This document shows positions 28,036-37,412 of a DNA stretch of 64,000 nt, in pieces. The stretch covers positions 225,707 through 289,706 of the forward strand of contig JACPAK010000001.1 in assembly GCA_016180845.1 (NCBI GenBank). Direction: 5' to 3'. Numbering within the stretch: position 1 is the first letter of the stretch; every line of letters starts with the position of its first letter. Both the position numbers and the translations under genes were made by a program. Under the pieces are notes generated by a model that worked only from the letters and a program-made list of their open reading frames with translations, made no database searches and was not told the origin of the DNA. The DNA comes from Deltaproteobacteria bacterium (lineage in GTDB: Bacteria > UBA10199 > JACPAL01).

Positions 28036-28941
28036 ATGATCGACATCTCGGATAAAATCGAAACCCTTCGAACCGCTGTCGCCGAGTCAAAGGTGATTGC
28101 CAAAAAAGAGACAATCGACAGGGCAGTTCGTGGTGAGACTCCTAAAGGAGAGGTTCTTCCGATTGCTCGAGCCGCAGCGGTACTGGCGGCAAAAAAGACA
28201 TCGGAACTGATTCCCTATTGCCACCCACTTCCTCTGGATTCTGTCACTATTTCATTTGAACCTGAAAATTCGCGAATTCTCATCCGCTCTGAAGTGAAGA
28301 CAGTTGGAAGGACTGGTGTTGAGATGGAGGCGTTAACAGCAGCTTCTATTGCTGCCCTCACGATTTACGACATGGTCAAGGGAATCGATAAAGAAGTGGC
28401 CATCGGCGAAACGAGACTTGTCGAAAAACATGGAGGGAAGAGCGATTTTGAGGAAAAATTTCTCACCCCTCTTCGAACCGCTGTCCTCGTCACCTCGGAC
28501 TCTGTCTCAGAGGGAAAGAAGACGGACAAATCGGGCAAATTCATTGTGGACGAGATGAAGAAATTTCCCGTCGTAGTCCAGCATTATGAGATCGTCCCCG
28601 ATGAGAAGGAAAAAATTCGCCAAAAGATAGTGTCCTGGATCGAAGAGGGAATTCAACTCATCCTAACCACAGGGGGCACAGGGCTAGGGCCCAGAGATGT
28701 CACCGTAGAGACGGTCCGGGAGATAAGCGAGCGGGAGGTGCCAGGCATCGCCGAGGCAATGCGAGTCTTCGGCCAAAGACGAACACCGTACGCAATGCTC
28801 TCACGTGGAGTTGTGGGCGTCAGGAGAAACACACTCATCGTTACATTCCCCGGCTCTTCCAATGGTGTCAGAGAATCGATACGAGCAATCTTTCCGAATG
28901 TGCTGCATGCCTTCAATATGATGACGGGGGGAAGACATTAA
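28036..28941 (+). CDS. Bifunctional MoaC (cPMP synthase) / MogA-MoaB-like molybdopterin adenylyltransferase fusion
   Basis: N-terminal MoaC (…IPYCHPLPLDSV…). C-terminal MoCF-biosynthesis domain with TTGGTGLGPRD. Confidence 0.75.
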   Translation: MIDISDKIETLRTAVAESKVIAKKETIDRAVRGETPKGEVLPIARAAAVLAAKKTSELIPYCHPLPLDSVTISFEPENSRILIRSEVKTVGRTGVEMEALTAASIAALTIYDMVKGIDKEVAIGETRLVEKHGGKSDFEEKFLTPLRTAVLVTSDSVSEGKKTDKSGKFIVDEMKKFPVVVQHYEIVPDEKEKIRQKIVSWIEEGIQLILTTGGTGLGPRDVTVETVREISEREVPGIAEAMRVFGQRRTPYAMLSRGVVGVRRNTLIVTFPGSSNGVRESIRAIFPNVLHAFNMMTGGRH

Positions 28942-28944
28942 AAT

Positions 28945-29703
28945 ATGCCAGACCCGATTTTTTATTTGATGCCGCTATTTTTTTTAACGGCCCTCATCTA
29001 CTCAACAGTCGGACTTGGAGGCGGATCAACGTATCTCGCCCTGCTGGTTCTCTTTTCAATCCCCTACCAGGCGATCCCGAAGATCGGCCTCATCTGTAAC
29101 CTGATTGTCGTGACGGGGGGATGTTTCTTCTATATAAAGGAAGGGCACTTCTCCTTCAAAAAAACAGTTCCATTTGTCCTAACCTCGATCCCCTTCGCCT
29201 ACCTCGGAGGACGGATTCCGATTCAGAAGGAATTTTTTCAACTTCTCTTAGGTTTTTCCCTTCTCGCCGCCGCCGTCAGGATGCTCCTCGCAGAAAAGGC
29301 CTACTCCGCCTCAGGTTCCATCGGATGGAAGAAATCTCTTCTGATCGGGTTGCCCATCGGCGCCCTTCTTGGTCTTCTCTCGGGGCTTGTCGGGATCGGT
29401 GGAGGAATCTTTCTCTCTCCCCTCCTCTGTCTCCTTCACTGGACAGATGCGAAAGGGGCCGCTGCCTCAGCCAGTTTCTTCATCCTCGTAAATTCCCTGG
29501 CAGGGTTGTCAGGACAGATCATGAAAAGTGGCGTTCTTCCGGAGATGATCTTCATCATTCCTCTGGGTGTGGCAGCATTGTTAGGGGGTCAGATCGGAAG
29601 TCGGCTCGGATCCCGCGAGATCCCAAAACTTGCCGTTCAGAGGATCACATCAATTCTGATCTTTTTTGTGGCAGGCCGCCTTCTCTGGAACGGATTTTTA
29701 TGA
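28945..29703 (+). CDS. TSUP/TauE-SafE-family (DUF81) membrane exporter
   Basis: Two-repeat polytopic protein with GLGGG…G motifs. Confidence 0.6.
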   Translation: MPDPIFYLMPLFFLTALIYSTVGLGGGSTYLALLVLFSIPYQAIPKIGLICNLIVVTGGCFFYIKEGHFSFKKTVPFVLTSIPFAYLGGRIPIQKEFFQLLLGFSLLAAAVRMLLAEKAYSASGSIGWKKSLLIGLPIGALLGLLSGLVGIGGGIFLSPLLCLLHWTDAKGAAASASFFILVNSLAGLSGQIMKSGVLPEMIFIIPLGVAALLGGQIGSRLGSREIPKLAVQRITSILIFFVAGRLLWNGFL

Positions 29704-30773
29704 TCATCAAGCCCTCACTCAGACTCCTCTTCTGGGAAACAACGACGGGATGCAATCTCGCCTGTATCCACTGCCGCCGTTTGGATGTCGCCACGGAGAT
29801 GATGCGAGATGACTTAAGCCTCGCCGAATCCTTCACCTTTATTCAGCAATTAAGAGAAGTGGGTCATTGCATTCTCGTCCTCTCCGGCGGTGAACCTCTG
29901 ATTCGAAAAGATATCTTCGATATCGCGCAGTATGCCAACTGGCAGGGACTCACCGTTGCGCTCGCGACAAACGGGACCCTGATTGATCGCGATGTCGCTT
30001 CCAAAATCCGAAAATCGGGAATCCATCGTGTCGCAATCAGCATTGATGGAAGTGATCCAAGCACGCATGATGATTTTCGCAAACAACCTGGCTCTCTCGC
30101 CGGAGCCCTTCAGGGAATGACCTTCTGTCGGCAGGAAGGGATCAGTCTGCAGATCAACTGCACGATCACTCAGCATAACGTCCATCAACTGGATCCGCTT
30201 TATCAATTGGCCCTCGAGCACCAGGCGGATGCGTTTCACCTCTTCATGTTGGTCCCGGTCGGCTGCGGGATGTCAATCGCCGATAGCCACATGCTCTCAG
30301 CCGAGAAGTATGAGGAGGTTCTAAATTGGATCTATGATCGGGCTCAGGAAAAAAAGATGTTTGTAAAGGCGACCTGCGCGCCGCACTATTTTCGGGTAGT
30401 GAATCAACGAGCTAAAAAAGAGCACCGCCCAATCGGGGGGGAGAAACAGGGGATGCATGCCTTTACCCGTGGTTGTTTGGCCGGCACCGACATCTGTTTC
30501 GTCTCGCACAAGGGCGACGTCTTCCCGTGTGGCTACCTTCCAGTTCCAGCTGGGAATATCCGTCATCAATCGTTCCGTGAGATCTGGGAAAAATCACCCG
30601 TCTGGGAAGGCTTCCGAAACACCGATCTTCTCGAAGGAAAGTGTGGGCTCTGCGAGTTCAAGAATATCTGTCTAGGCTGCCGGGCCCGCGCCTATTACGC
30701 CACAGGAAATTTTCTCGCGGAGGAGCCGTACTGTGCCTATGAACCGGTTGCCATGAGAAGGAGGGCCCGATGA
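29700..30773 (+). CDS. Radical SAM/SPASM-domain protein, AhbD/NirJ-like (heme synthase family)
   Basis: CNLACIHC radical-SAM motif. C-terminal SPASM Cys cluster (CAPHYF…CLAGTDICFVSHKGDVFPCGYLP…CGLCEF…CLGCRARAY). Confidence 0.6.
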   Translation: MIIKPSLRLLFWETTTGCNLACIHCRRLDVATEMMRDDLSLAESFTFIQQLREVGHCILVLSGGEPLIRKDIFDIAQYANWQGLTVALATNGTLIDRDVASKIRKSGIHRVAISIDGSDPSTHDDFRKQPGSLAGALQGMTFCRQEGISLQINCTITQHNVHQLDPLYQLALEHQADAFHLFMLVPVGCGMSIADSHMLSAEKYEEVLNWIYDRAQEKKMFVKATCAPHYFRVVNQRAKKEHRPIGGEKQGMHAFTRGCLAGTDICFVSHKGDVFPCGYLPVPAGNIRHQSFREIWEKSPVWEGFRNTDLLEGKCGLCEFKNICLGCRARAYYATGNFLAEEPYCAYEPVAMRRRAR

Positions 30774-31948
30774 TCAACGTGTCCAAACTCTACTGCGGAC
30801 ATGAGACGGAAAGTGATCGACTTCGTTATGGGGCCCACAAACAAACGAAATTAAGCGAGATCCGGCCGGTCGTAGTCTGGAATACCACCCGAAGGTGCAA
30901 TCTCAATTGCCTGCATTGTTACAGCGATTCTGAAAATAAAAACTACACCGGTGAGCTCACGACGGAAGAGGGGAAAAGACTGCTAAATGATTTAGCCGGC
31001 TTCAAGGCCCCCGCTGTTTTGCTCTCCGGCGGAGAACCCTTGATGAGGGGCGATCTTTTTGAACTTGTCGCGCATGGTCGTTCCTTGGGTCTCCGATTTA
31101 CCCTTTCGACGAATGGGACACTGATCAATCATTCAATGGCAAAAAAGATCTATGACAGTGGATTCGCCTATGTCGGGATCAGTCTGGACGGAATCGGTCC
31201 TACCAATGACCTCTTTCGTGGGAAGCTCGGTGCCTTCGAGGGGGCGCTTCGGGCGTTCCGAAATCTGAAATCGATCGGTCAAAAGGTCGGCCTCAGGATG
31301 ACGCTGACACGACACAATATCTCCGAACTCTCACGGATCTTCGACTTGATCGAAGAGGAGAAGATCGACCGCGCCTGTTTTTACCACCTCGTTCCTTCCG
31401 GGCGAGGCCGAATGATGGCCGATGACCTCCCGACATCCGAGGAGATACGACAGGCGGTTGAATTGATCTGCGAGAAGACGAAGAAGTGGTTTCAACGAGG
31501 GACTCCAAAGGAGATCTTGACGGTCGACAATCATGTCGATGGGATCTTCGTCTACCTGAAACTCCTCCGGGAAGACCCTGCACGGGCGGCAAAGATTTAC
31601 GAACTCCTCAAGATCAATGGAGGGGCGCTCAAGAGTTCTGGCGTTGGAATTGGCTGTATCGATTTTCTTGGGCATGTCCACGCCGACCAGTTCTGGATGC
31701 ACTACTCCCTCGGCAATGTCCGCAAACGTCCCTTCTCTGAAATCTGGCGTGATGAGCGCGAACCGCTTCTCGCGGGTCTCAGGAATCGAAAATCATTTCT
31801 GACAGGACGTTGCGCGAGTTGTCCCTATCTTGACCTTTGTGGTGGATCCCTCCGCGTTCGGGCAGAGCTACTGACCGGCGACCGCTGGGCGACTGATCCA
31901 GCCTGTTACCTTACAGGTGAAGAATTTGGTCGGGGCGCAGGGATTTGA
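30770..31948 (+). CDS. Radical SAM/SPASM-domain protein, AhbC/NirJ-like
   Basis: LYCGHE…RLRYG N-terminus. CNLNCLHC motif. C-terminal CASCPYLDLCGG…CYLTGEE. The 3-prime end overlaps the tRNA-Pro on the opposite strand by about 22 nt. Confidence 0.55.
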   Translation: MINVSKLYCGHETESDRLRYGAHKQTKLSEIRPVVVWNTTRRCNLNCLHCYSDSENKNYTGELTTEEGKRLLNDLAGFKAPAVLLSGGEPLMRGDLFELVAHGRSLGLRFTLSTNGTLINHSMAKKIYDSGFAYVGISLDGIGPTNDLFRGKLGAFEGALRAFRNLKSIGQKVGLRMTLTRHNISELSRIFDLIEEEKIDRACFYHLVPSGRGRMMADDLPTSEEIRQAVELICEKTKKWFQRGTPKEILTVDNHVDGIFVYLKLLREDPARAAKIYELLKINGGALKSSGVGIGCIDFLGHVHADQFWMHYSLGNVRKRPFSEIWRDEREPLLAGLRNRKSFLTGRCASCPYLDLCGGSLRVRAELLTGDRWATDPACYLTGEEFGRGAGI

Positions 31949-32003
31949 ACCCTGGACCTCTTGGTCCCGAACCAAGCGCTCTACCAGGCTGAGCTACGCC
32001 CCG
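31927..32003 (-). tRNA. tRNA-Pro (anticodon CGG), CCA encoded
   Basis: Cloverleaf reconstructed by hand. 7-bp acceptor stem CGGGGCG/CGCCCCG, anticodon loop UUCGGGA, T-loop UUCAAAU, 3-prime ACCA. Confidence 0.85.
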
Positions 32004-32047
32004 ATTTGCTGAGGTTATCATCTGAACTCCGAGGAGCAAGTCAAAAT

Positions 32048-34855
32048 TTAGAAAAGAGACCCCCAAATAAGTTCCTCAATCTGGGCAATCGGAAAGGCAC
32101 CGGAGAATGGACCCAAATTGGGTAATTTTTCCGGAAGGGCTTTAGGTTCATAATAGCCGATCTCTGGATCATAATAACTCTGAGGGTAGTGCCCAAATCG
32201 ATTCCCGTCTTCTGTAACAATCTCTGTCCGCTCATGAAAGATCCCATGAGGAAAATGATGTGGGCTTGCATCAGGGTGGACAAAAGGGACGTAGGCAGGT
32301 GACATCCAGAAGGCAAGATTGCGGGCAAGTCGCTGCCAATCCCCGCGCTGCTGAAGGACGCTTCTTGCCTTCTCCGAAGAAATTCCCATGAGCGTCGAAT
32401 ACCCCTCGGCATGAAGTTCAAGGAGCCGATCGGCATAGAGGGCAAGCCGGCGATCCTCTTTCCAGAGCTCGCGTCCGTCGTGTTGGGTCACCATCCGCTG
32501 TCCAACAAGGAGATGGAGGGCAAAATAACTCTCAAAGAGGAGAAGAGCCCGAGCCATCGGGGAACTGTTCGCCCTTTCTACAAAATCGGCATGGCTCAAG
32601 TGAGGTCTCTCCCAGGCATGTTCGCTGACCGAGACATAATGATCTTTTGTCATCTTGCCTGGGATTTGAATCTCAGAGAGATTAGCCAACTCTTCAAAAT
32701 CCCTTAAGCCAGTGACCCCGAGATTGGCATATTTCAGGACGCCACGCCAATCCGAGAGCTTCCCCATCCCAAAGGCCATCGTCGGGAAAACAATATCGGG
32801 CGAAGGGATATAACGCCCATCATCCCTGGCCCTTTGGTAAGTGCCACCGTAGTGTATTGTCTGGGCATGAAACGCAACGAGAGGCGCTGTATGAAAAACA
32901 CCGTGACGCGCCAAGAGAGCAGCATCGTGGATCGCCATCCTAAGCCCTTTGAAAAAATCCTCATCCGAAGTGGAAGGATCGGCAAGCTGACGATAGTAGT
33001 CCCTCTCTGTTCGAAAGGCGATCGCCTCCCGACCATTGATTGTCAGAAGAAGAGGTCGACCCGCCTCGTCTCTGATAGGCTCCGGTAAATGGCTCTGTAA
33101 TCCCAAATTCTTCGTCACCTCTAACCATTGAAGCTCACGAACGAGATCTTCTCCCGACTGAGGCTTTCCACCCAAATGGACGGTGTGTGCATACTTAATC
33201 GCAAGAAACCCTCCCGTGCGGGGATCGGCATAGAGATCTGTCCGACCACTCTTCTGGGGTGTTTTCTCCCGAATCCCCTCTCGAGCCAAAAAGTCATCCA
33301 AAGTCATCACCTCCCTTGAGAAAGAGAGATCCCGTATCGTCACGGTCTGCGGCTCTTGAGGGAAGTGATGCAGAAAAGTCTTCATGAACCGTGGGACAGT
33401 GGAGGTCCGATGGCCCTGCATTGGGCCGAATCCAATCCGTCGAATTCTCAAGTCTCTCCAAATCGAATCGGCCAGATGTCGGAATCTTTTTTCTTTCAAG
33501 GCACACCCCAACCCCTCCGCGGCCAGGAGCGCAATGGAGTGATCGGGATGCCGAACCCCTGCCATCAGCAGATCAACAGCGACAGGGTTCAGCTGCTCCG
33601 GAACCACCTGACTTATATAGGCAAGCGCGCGGTAGGCATTGCGGAGCGAACTCACCTCAACTGAACCGTTCGTCCCATGGGCATTCAGATAGACAACCCA
33701 CTCATGCCACTTCCTTGACACCGCAAAGCCACACCGATGAGTATAGTCACCTTCATTCCCAAAGAGCATCGCACGACCTTCAGAATCTTTTATGATTTCT
33801 GGCGAATCAATTGGGAACGGCAGTCCTTTCAATCTCTCCATCCATTCAATCTCGGCGAAAAGGTTAACAATCCTCGTGTCCATCGCTCCCCGTGGATTTC
33901 TGAGAACAACGCACCGGTCGGGATTTGAAGGATCCTCGAAGAACTTGGAATAATGAATGCCCCCAAGCTCCTTACCCGAACTCAAGGGAACCCCTCGTGC
34001 TGCTAAAAATGCCTCCCCCACTTGCCCCGTTTCCACAAAAGAAGCTTTGATATCTTCAAAGAGGCGGAGCGGCCAAAAATCCGCCTGATCCCCAAACTCC
34101 GAGACAGCAGCCTGAATCTTCGTTAAATCAGGATCCCTCGTAAGGAACTGGGTTAAGCGAGATCGATTAACAATACTGTTGCCAACCTGATCTGGATCAA
34201 AACCGAGACGTCGTTCGAGAGATCTTGAACCTCGGCCAAAGAGCATTGTCACCTGCGAGTCAACACAACGAAAATAGAAACTCTCAAGGGTCCATGGGGT
34301 CGCCTGAATCTGGGAACCAAGTATCGATGTCGTAAGTCCCTCTCCCAGTATCCCTCCTCCCGTCATGACAACGCCCTGAGATATCGAACCGATCAAGTAA
34401 CCCAGCGGACCCATCAATTTCTCAAACATTTTTCCAACACCCATTAAGAGGAACCGGGCGGGGAGCCCTTCCGTCAGCTCGCAAACGACACGTTCTCCAT
34501 AATTACCATCTTTTTCAATTTGCCCTGTTTCCGAATCACGATATTCGCGGAAATTTGCCGACACAAGGCTCGTACCGATCTCATCCGCAAATATGGCTGG
34601 GAGCAAAAGAGACTTTTTTGATCGAAAACGAACGGAACGGGTGAGAAGATATTGTGTCCCATAAAAGAGGAATTCTCCCCAATGGGAAATCACGAATTGA
34701 TAGGCAAGGCTGAAAGGGTCTTTGAAATGATCTGCAATTCTTGAAAAAGTCCTTTCAGCGTCAACCCCGGACTGAGGATGCCTTTCATGATACAATCTCT
34801 CAGCGGCTGCGTAACCGGAATCGGCCTTAGGTATGCTTCTCAGTGCCTCTGACAT
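32048..34855 (-). CDS. Large hypothetical cytoplasmic protein (935 aa) with no recognisable motifs
   Basis: Long uninterrupted ORF next to the tRNA-Pro. No signal peptide. Lower GC than the surrounding genes. Confidence 0.5.
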   Translation of the reverse strand: MSEALRSIPKADSGYAAAERLYHERHPQSGVDAERTFSRIADHFKDPFSLAYQFVISHWGEFLFYGTQYLLTRSVRFRSKKSLLLPAIFADEIGTSLVSANFREYRDSETGQIEKDGNYGERVVCELTEGLPARFLLMGVGKMFEKLMGPLGYLIGSISQGVVMTGGGILGEGLTTSILGSQIQATPWTLESFYFRCVDSQVTMLFGRGSRSLERRLGFDPDQVGNSIVNRSRLTQFLTRDPDLTKIQAAVSEFGDQADFWPLRLFEDIKASFVETGQVGEAFLAARGVPLSSGKELGGIHYSKFFEDPSNPDRCVVLRNPRGAMDTRIVNLFAEIEWMERLKGLPFPIDSPEIIKDSEGRAMLFGNEGDYTHRCGFAVSRKWHEWVVYLNAHGTNGSVEVSSLRNAYRALAYISQVVPEQLNPVAVDLLMAGVRHPDHSIALLAAEGLGCALKEKRFRHLADSIWRDLRIRRIGFGPMQGHRTSTVPRFMKTFLHHFPQEPQTVTIRDLSFSREVMTLDDFLAREGIREKTPQKSGRTDLYADPRTGGFLAIKYAHTVHLGGKPQSGEDLVRELQWLEVTKNLGLQSHLPEPIRDEAGRPLLLTINGREAIAFRTERDYYRQLADPSTSDEDFFKGLRMAIHDAALLARHGVFHTAPLVAFHAQTIHYGGTYQRARDDGRYIPSPDIVFPTMAFGMGKLSDWRGVLKYANLGVTGLRDFEELANLSEIQIPGKMTKDHYVSVSEHAWERPHLSHADFVERANSSPMARALLLFESYFALHLLVGQRMVTQHDGRELWKEDRRLALYADRLLELHAEGYSTLMGISSEKARSVLQQRGDWQRLARNLAFWMSPAYVPFVHPDASPHHFPHGIFHERTEIVTEDGNRFGHYPQSYYDPEIGYYEPKALPEKLPNLGPFSGAFPIAQIEELIWGSLF

Positions 34856-35004
34856 TTATCTCTGTGTCGTCTGACTTCGATGTTTGTTTCGGCTAAATCG
34901 GCTGCTTTTCCAATCGATTCAGATTTTTTGTACCCCCTAAAAGTACGAGACCCAAAAAAACCCACAATTGATTTCCCTCTATCATTAATATAGCGTCTCT
35001 CCCC

Positions 35005-35141
35005 ATGACCAAGTCCGGGTACCCGCCTGCGGCGGGTGGATTGCGGCGACCGAACCGGGGCGCCCGCTAAGGTGGGCCGGTGAGGAAGTACCCGAAGGCA
35101 AGAGCCGGAGGGTAAAATGGTTGGAAACGGAGTCGGAAACC
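35005..35141 (+). promoter_or_regulatory. GC-rich structured 5-prime leader upstream of the M20/AstA cluster; candidate riboswitch-like element
   Basis: Perfect hairpin ACCCGCC-UGC-GGCGGGU. Repeated ACCGAA/CCCGAAGG and GGAAAC motifs. GGAGGGUAAAAUGG resembles the guanidine-I (ykkC) conserved region. The class is not assignable without a covariance model. Confidence 0.3.
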
Positions 35142-36530
35142 ATGTCATGGAACCTCATCGAAGAAGCCAAAAAAATCATCGGGATCCGATCCTTGACCAA
35201 TGAGGGAACTCGAGCATTGGCCGAGCACCTTGTCCCCCTTTGCCGACAGGCAGGCCTCCAGATAACCCTTCGGCCCCCTTCCAAACCAACCGGTTTTGAT
35301 GAGCTGAATCTGATCGCACATACAGTACCGGACGGATCGGAAGATCTCTGTCCAAATGGGCTCTTGATGGTCACCCACCTCGATACCGTCCCGGCCGGAG
35401 ACCCTGCCTTATGGACAGAGACGTCAGGGAAACCTTTTCAGGCAACAATCAAAGGGGATAAAATCTATGGCCTCGGAAGTGCCGATACGAAGCTTGATTT
35501 TCTCTGCAAGCTAAAGGCGATCGAAGAGGTCGGCGTCAAAAACATCAAGATCCCCCTCTGCCTCGTCGGTTCCTACGGGGAAGAACGGGCGCTCGCCGGG
35601 ATTAAAGAACTGCGTCTTTCGGGGAGGGTCAAACCCCGTTTTGCATTAATCGGGGAGCCATCTGAATTAAAGCCGGTGCTGAAGCATAAGGGGATTTTGT
35701 ATATGCAAGCTTGTTTTGATTTGAAGGGCGGGTGGCTCGGGTCGGGCGCCCGCCCGCGCGCAACGGGTGAGCACGGGTGGGCGGAACCCGAGACAGGACC
35801 CGCCCTTGTGAAAACCAACATTTTTCATGGCCGCGCTGCGCATGGCTCGACCCCCCACCTCGGTGAAAACGCGATCTTTAAGGCGTTCGAGTGGCTCTTC
35901 GAGGAACAGAAAAAAAATCCGCTCATTCAATTGGCCGAAATCAACGGCGGGACGGTACATAATATTGTCCCTGAAACCTGTATGCTGAAAACTACTAGCG
36001 GAGAAAAACCATGCCCACGGATCGAATTCCTGAAGACCTTTTGGGGCCTTTATCAGACAGCGCAGGAAAGATTAGGAGAAAACACCGACTCGCTTTTTGA
36101 TCCACCAATCACCACGGGCAACGTCGGCGTCTTAAAGACAAAAGAAGATCGGATAGAGATGGAATTTGATTTTCGGTTAATCCCCGCCACGAATGGGAAT
36201 GAACTGTTCGAGATCTTTCAAAAAATTTCCCATCTTTCGGGTGCCTCACTTGAGGTAATCTCCTCAAATCCGCCGATGGATACTTCGGAGAGGTCGGAAA
36301 TTGTCCGGCATGTCTCTTCTTCATTAAAAGAGATCGGTCTTCCCGTGGAGTTTCATGCGAAGGCGGGGAATACAGAAGGGGCGATCGTGAGTCAGATGGG
36401 GGCTGAGGCGATCGTGATTGGCCCGGGACGTTCTACGGGAAACATCCATAAGCCGAATGAGTCGAATGAAATCTCGCAATTGAAAAAGGCGGTTGAGTTC
36501 TATGGGGTCCTTTTGAGGAGGTTTTGCTAA
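35142..36530 (+). CDS. M20-family metallopeptidase/deacylase (ArgE/DapE/ACY1-like desuccinylase or deacetylase)
   Basis: Metal-binding motifs HLDTVPAGD and GSADTK. Contains an 84-bp in-frame palindromic insertion. Confidence 0.7.
   Translation: MSWNLIEEAKKIIGIRSLTNEGTRALAEHLVPLCRQAGLQITLRPPSKPTGFDELNLIAHTVPDGSEDLCPNGLLMVTHLDTVPAGDPALWTETSGKPFQATIKGDKIYGLGSADTKLDFLCKLKAIEEVGVKNIKIPLCLVGSYGEERALAGIKELRLSGRVKPRFALIGEPSELKPVLKHKGILYMQACFDLKGGWLGSGARPRATGEHGWAEPETGPALVKTNIFHGRAAHGSTPHLGENAIFKAFEWLFEEQKKNPLIQLAEINGGTVHNIVPETCMLKTTSGEKPCPRIEFLKTFWGLYQTAQERLGENTDSLFDPPITTGNVGVLKTKEDRIEMEFDFRLIPATNGNELFEIFQKISHLSGASLEVISSNPPMDTSERSEIVRHVSSSLKEIGLPVEFHAKAGNTEGAIVSQMGAEAIVIGPGRSTGNIHKPNESNEISQLKKAVEFYGVLLRRFC
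35724..35807. repeat. An 84-bp GC-rich imperfect palindrome inserted in frame into the M20 peptidase gene
   Basis: Terminal inverted repeats aagggcgggt … acccgccctt, with inner arms sharing ctcgggt and ccgccc. It encodes GGWLGSGARPRATGEHGWAEPETGPAL, a sequence not seen in M20 enzymes. Confidence 0.6.
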
Positions 36531-36531
36531 T

Positions 36532-37404
36532 ATGAGCTTTCTCATCCGACCTGCCAGCTTGCCAGATACCGGGGATCTTCTCCGTCTCTCGTCATCCCTC
36601 TCAGCCAGAGGTTTCCTGACCCTCCCTGCGGATACGAAGGGGATTGAACATCTGATCAAGCTTTCCAGCCGATCCTTTTCCAACCAGTTGGATGACAGAG
36701 ATGAAGGGGAATACCTTTTTGTTTTGCGAGATAAAGATCAGGAAAAGATTATCGGATGCTCACTGATCATTGCCCGTCATGGAACTCCGGAGTCACCCCA
36801 CAACTATTTTGAGGTGCTCAAGGTTCAGAAGGCATATCGACGTCTGAACAAGGTCTTCAAGCACCAAATCTTGCGACTCCGCCTCGATGCGGAGGGGAGT
36901 ACCGAGCTGGGTGGCTTGATCCTCGATCCCGCCTATCGGGGCCACCCCGAAAAATTGGGGAAACAGATCTCTTTCGTAAGATTTCTGTACATTCATCGTC
37001 ACCCCGAAAAATTTATGGATCGTCTGCTCGTCGAACTCCTCCCTCCACTCACGCCGGATGGGAAGTCACTTTTTTGGGAATCACTTGGCAGGAAGTTTAC
37101 GGAAGTCGATTATCATGAAGCGGACCGTATTTCTCGAGAGGACAAAAGCTTCATCACCTCTCTCTTTCCTGAAGGAGATCTCTACGCTAACTTTTTGCCG
37201 GATGAGGCTCGTGCACTGATCGGTGAAGTCGGCCCAGAAACAAAACCGGTAGCCAAGATGTTAGAGGAGATCGGATTCACCTATCTTAGTCAGATCGATC
37301 CGTTTGATGGAGGTCCACATTACGGCGCGATGAAACAGTCGATCAAGATCGACAAGGTTGAATCCCTTTTTAACAAAAGTTCACTGAAGATAGAAATCGA
37401 TTAA
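36532..37404 (+). CDS. astA: Arginine N-succinyltransferase (AstA) family acyltransferase
   Basis: Block-wise match to E. coli AstA: IRP…, VLRDKDQEKIIGCSLII, LILDPAYRGHPEKLGKQISFVRFLYI, LFWESLGRKF, IDPFDGGPH. Confidence 0.7.
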   Translation: MSFLIRPASLPDTGDLLRLSSSLSARGFLTLPADTKGIEHLIKLSSRSFSNQLDDRDEGEYLFVLRDKDQEKIIGCSLIIARHGTPESPHNYFEVLKVQKAYRRLNKVFKHQILRLRLDAEGSTELGGLILDPAYRGHPEKLGKQISFVRFLYIHRHPEKFMDRLLVELLPPLTPDGKSLFWESLGRKFTEVDYHEADRISREDKSFITSLFPEGDLYANFLPDEARALIGEVGPETKPVAKMLEEIGFTYLSQIDPFDGGPHYGAMKQSIKIDKVESLFNKSSLKIEID

Positions 37405-37412
37405 GGAAACCT

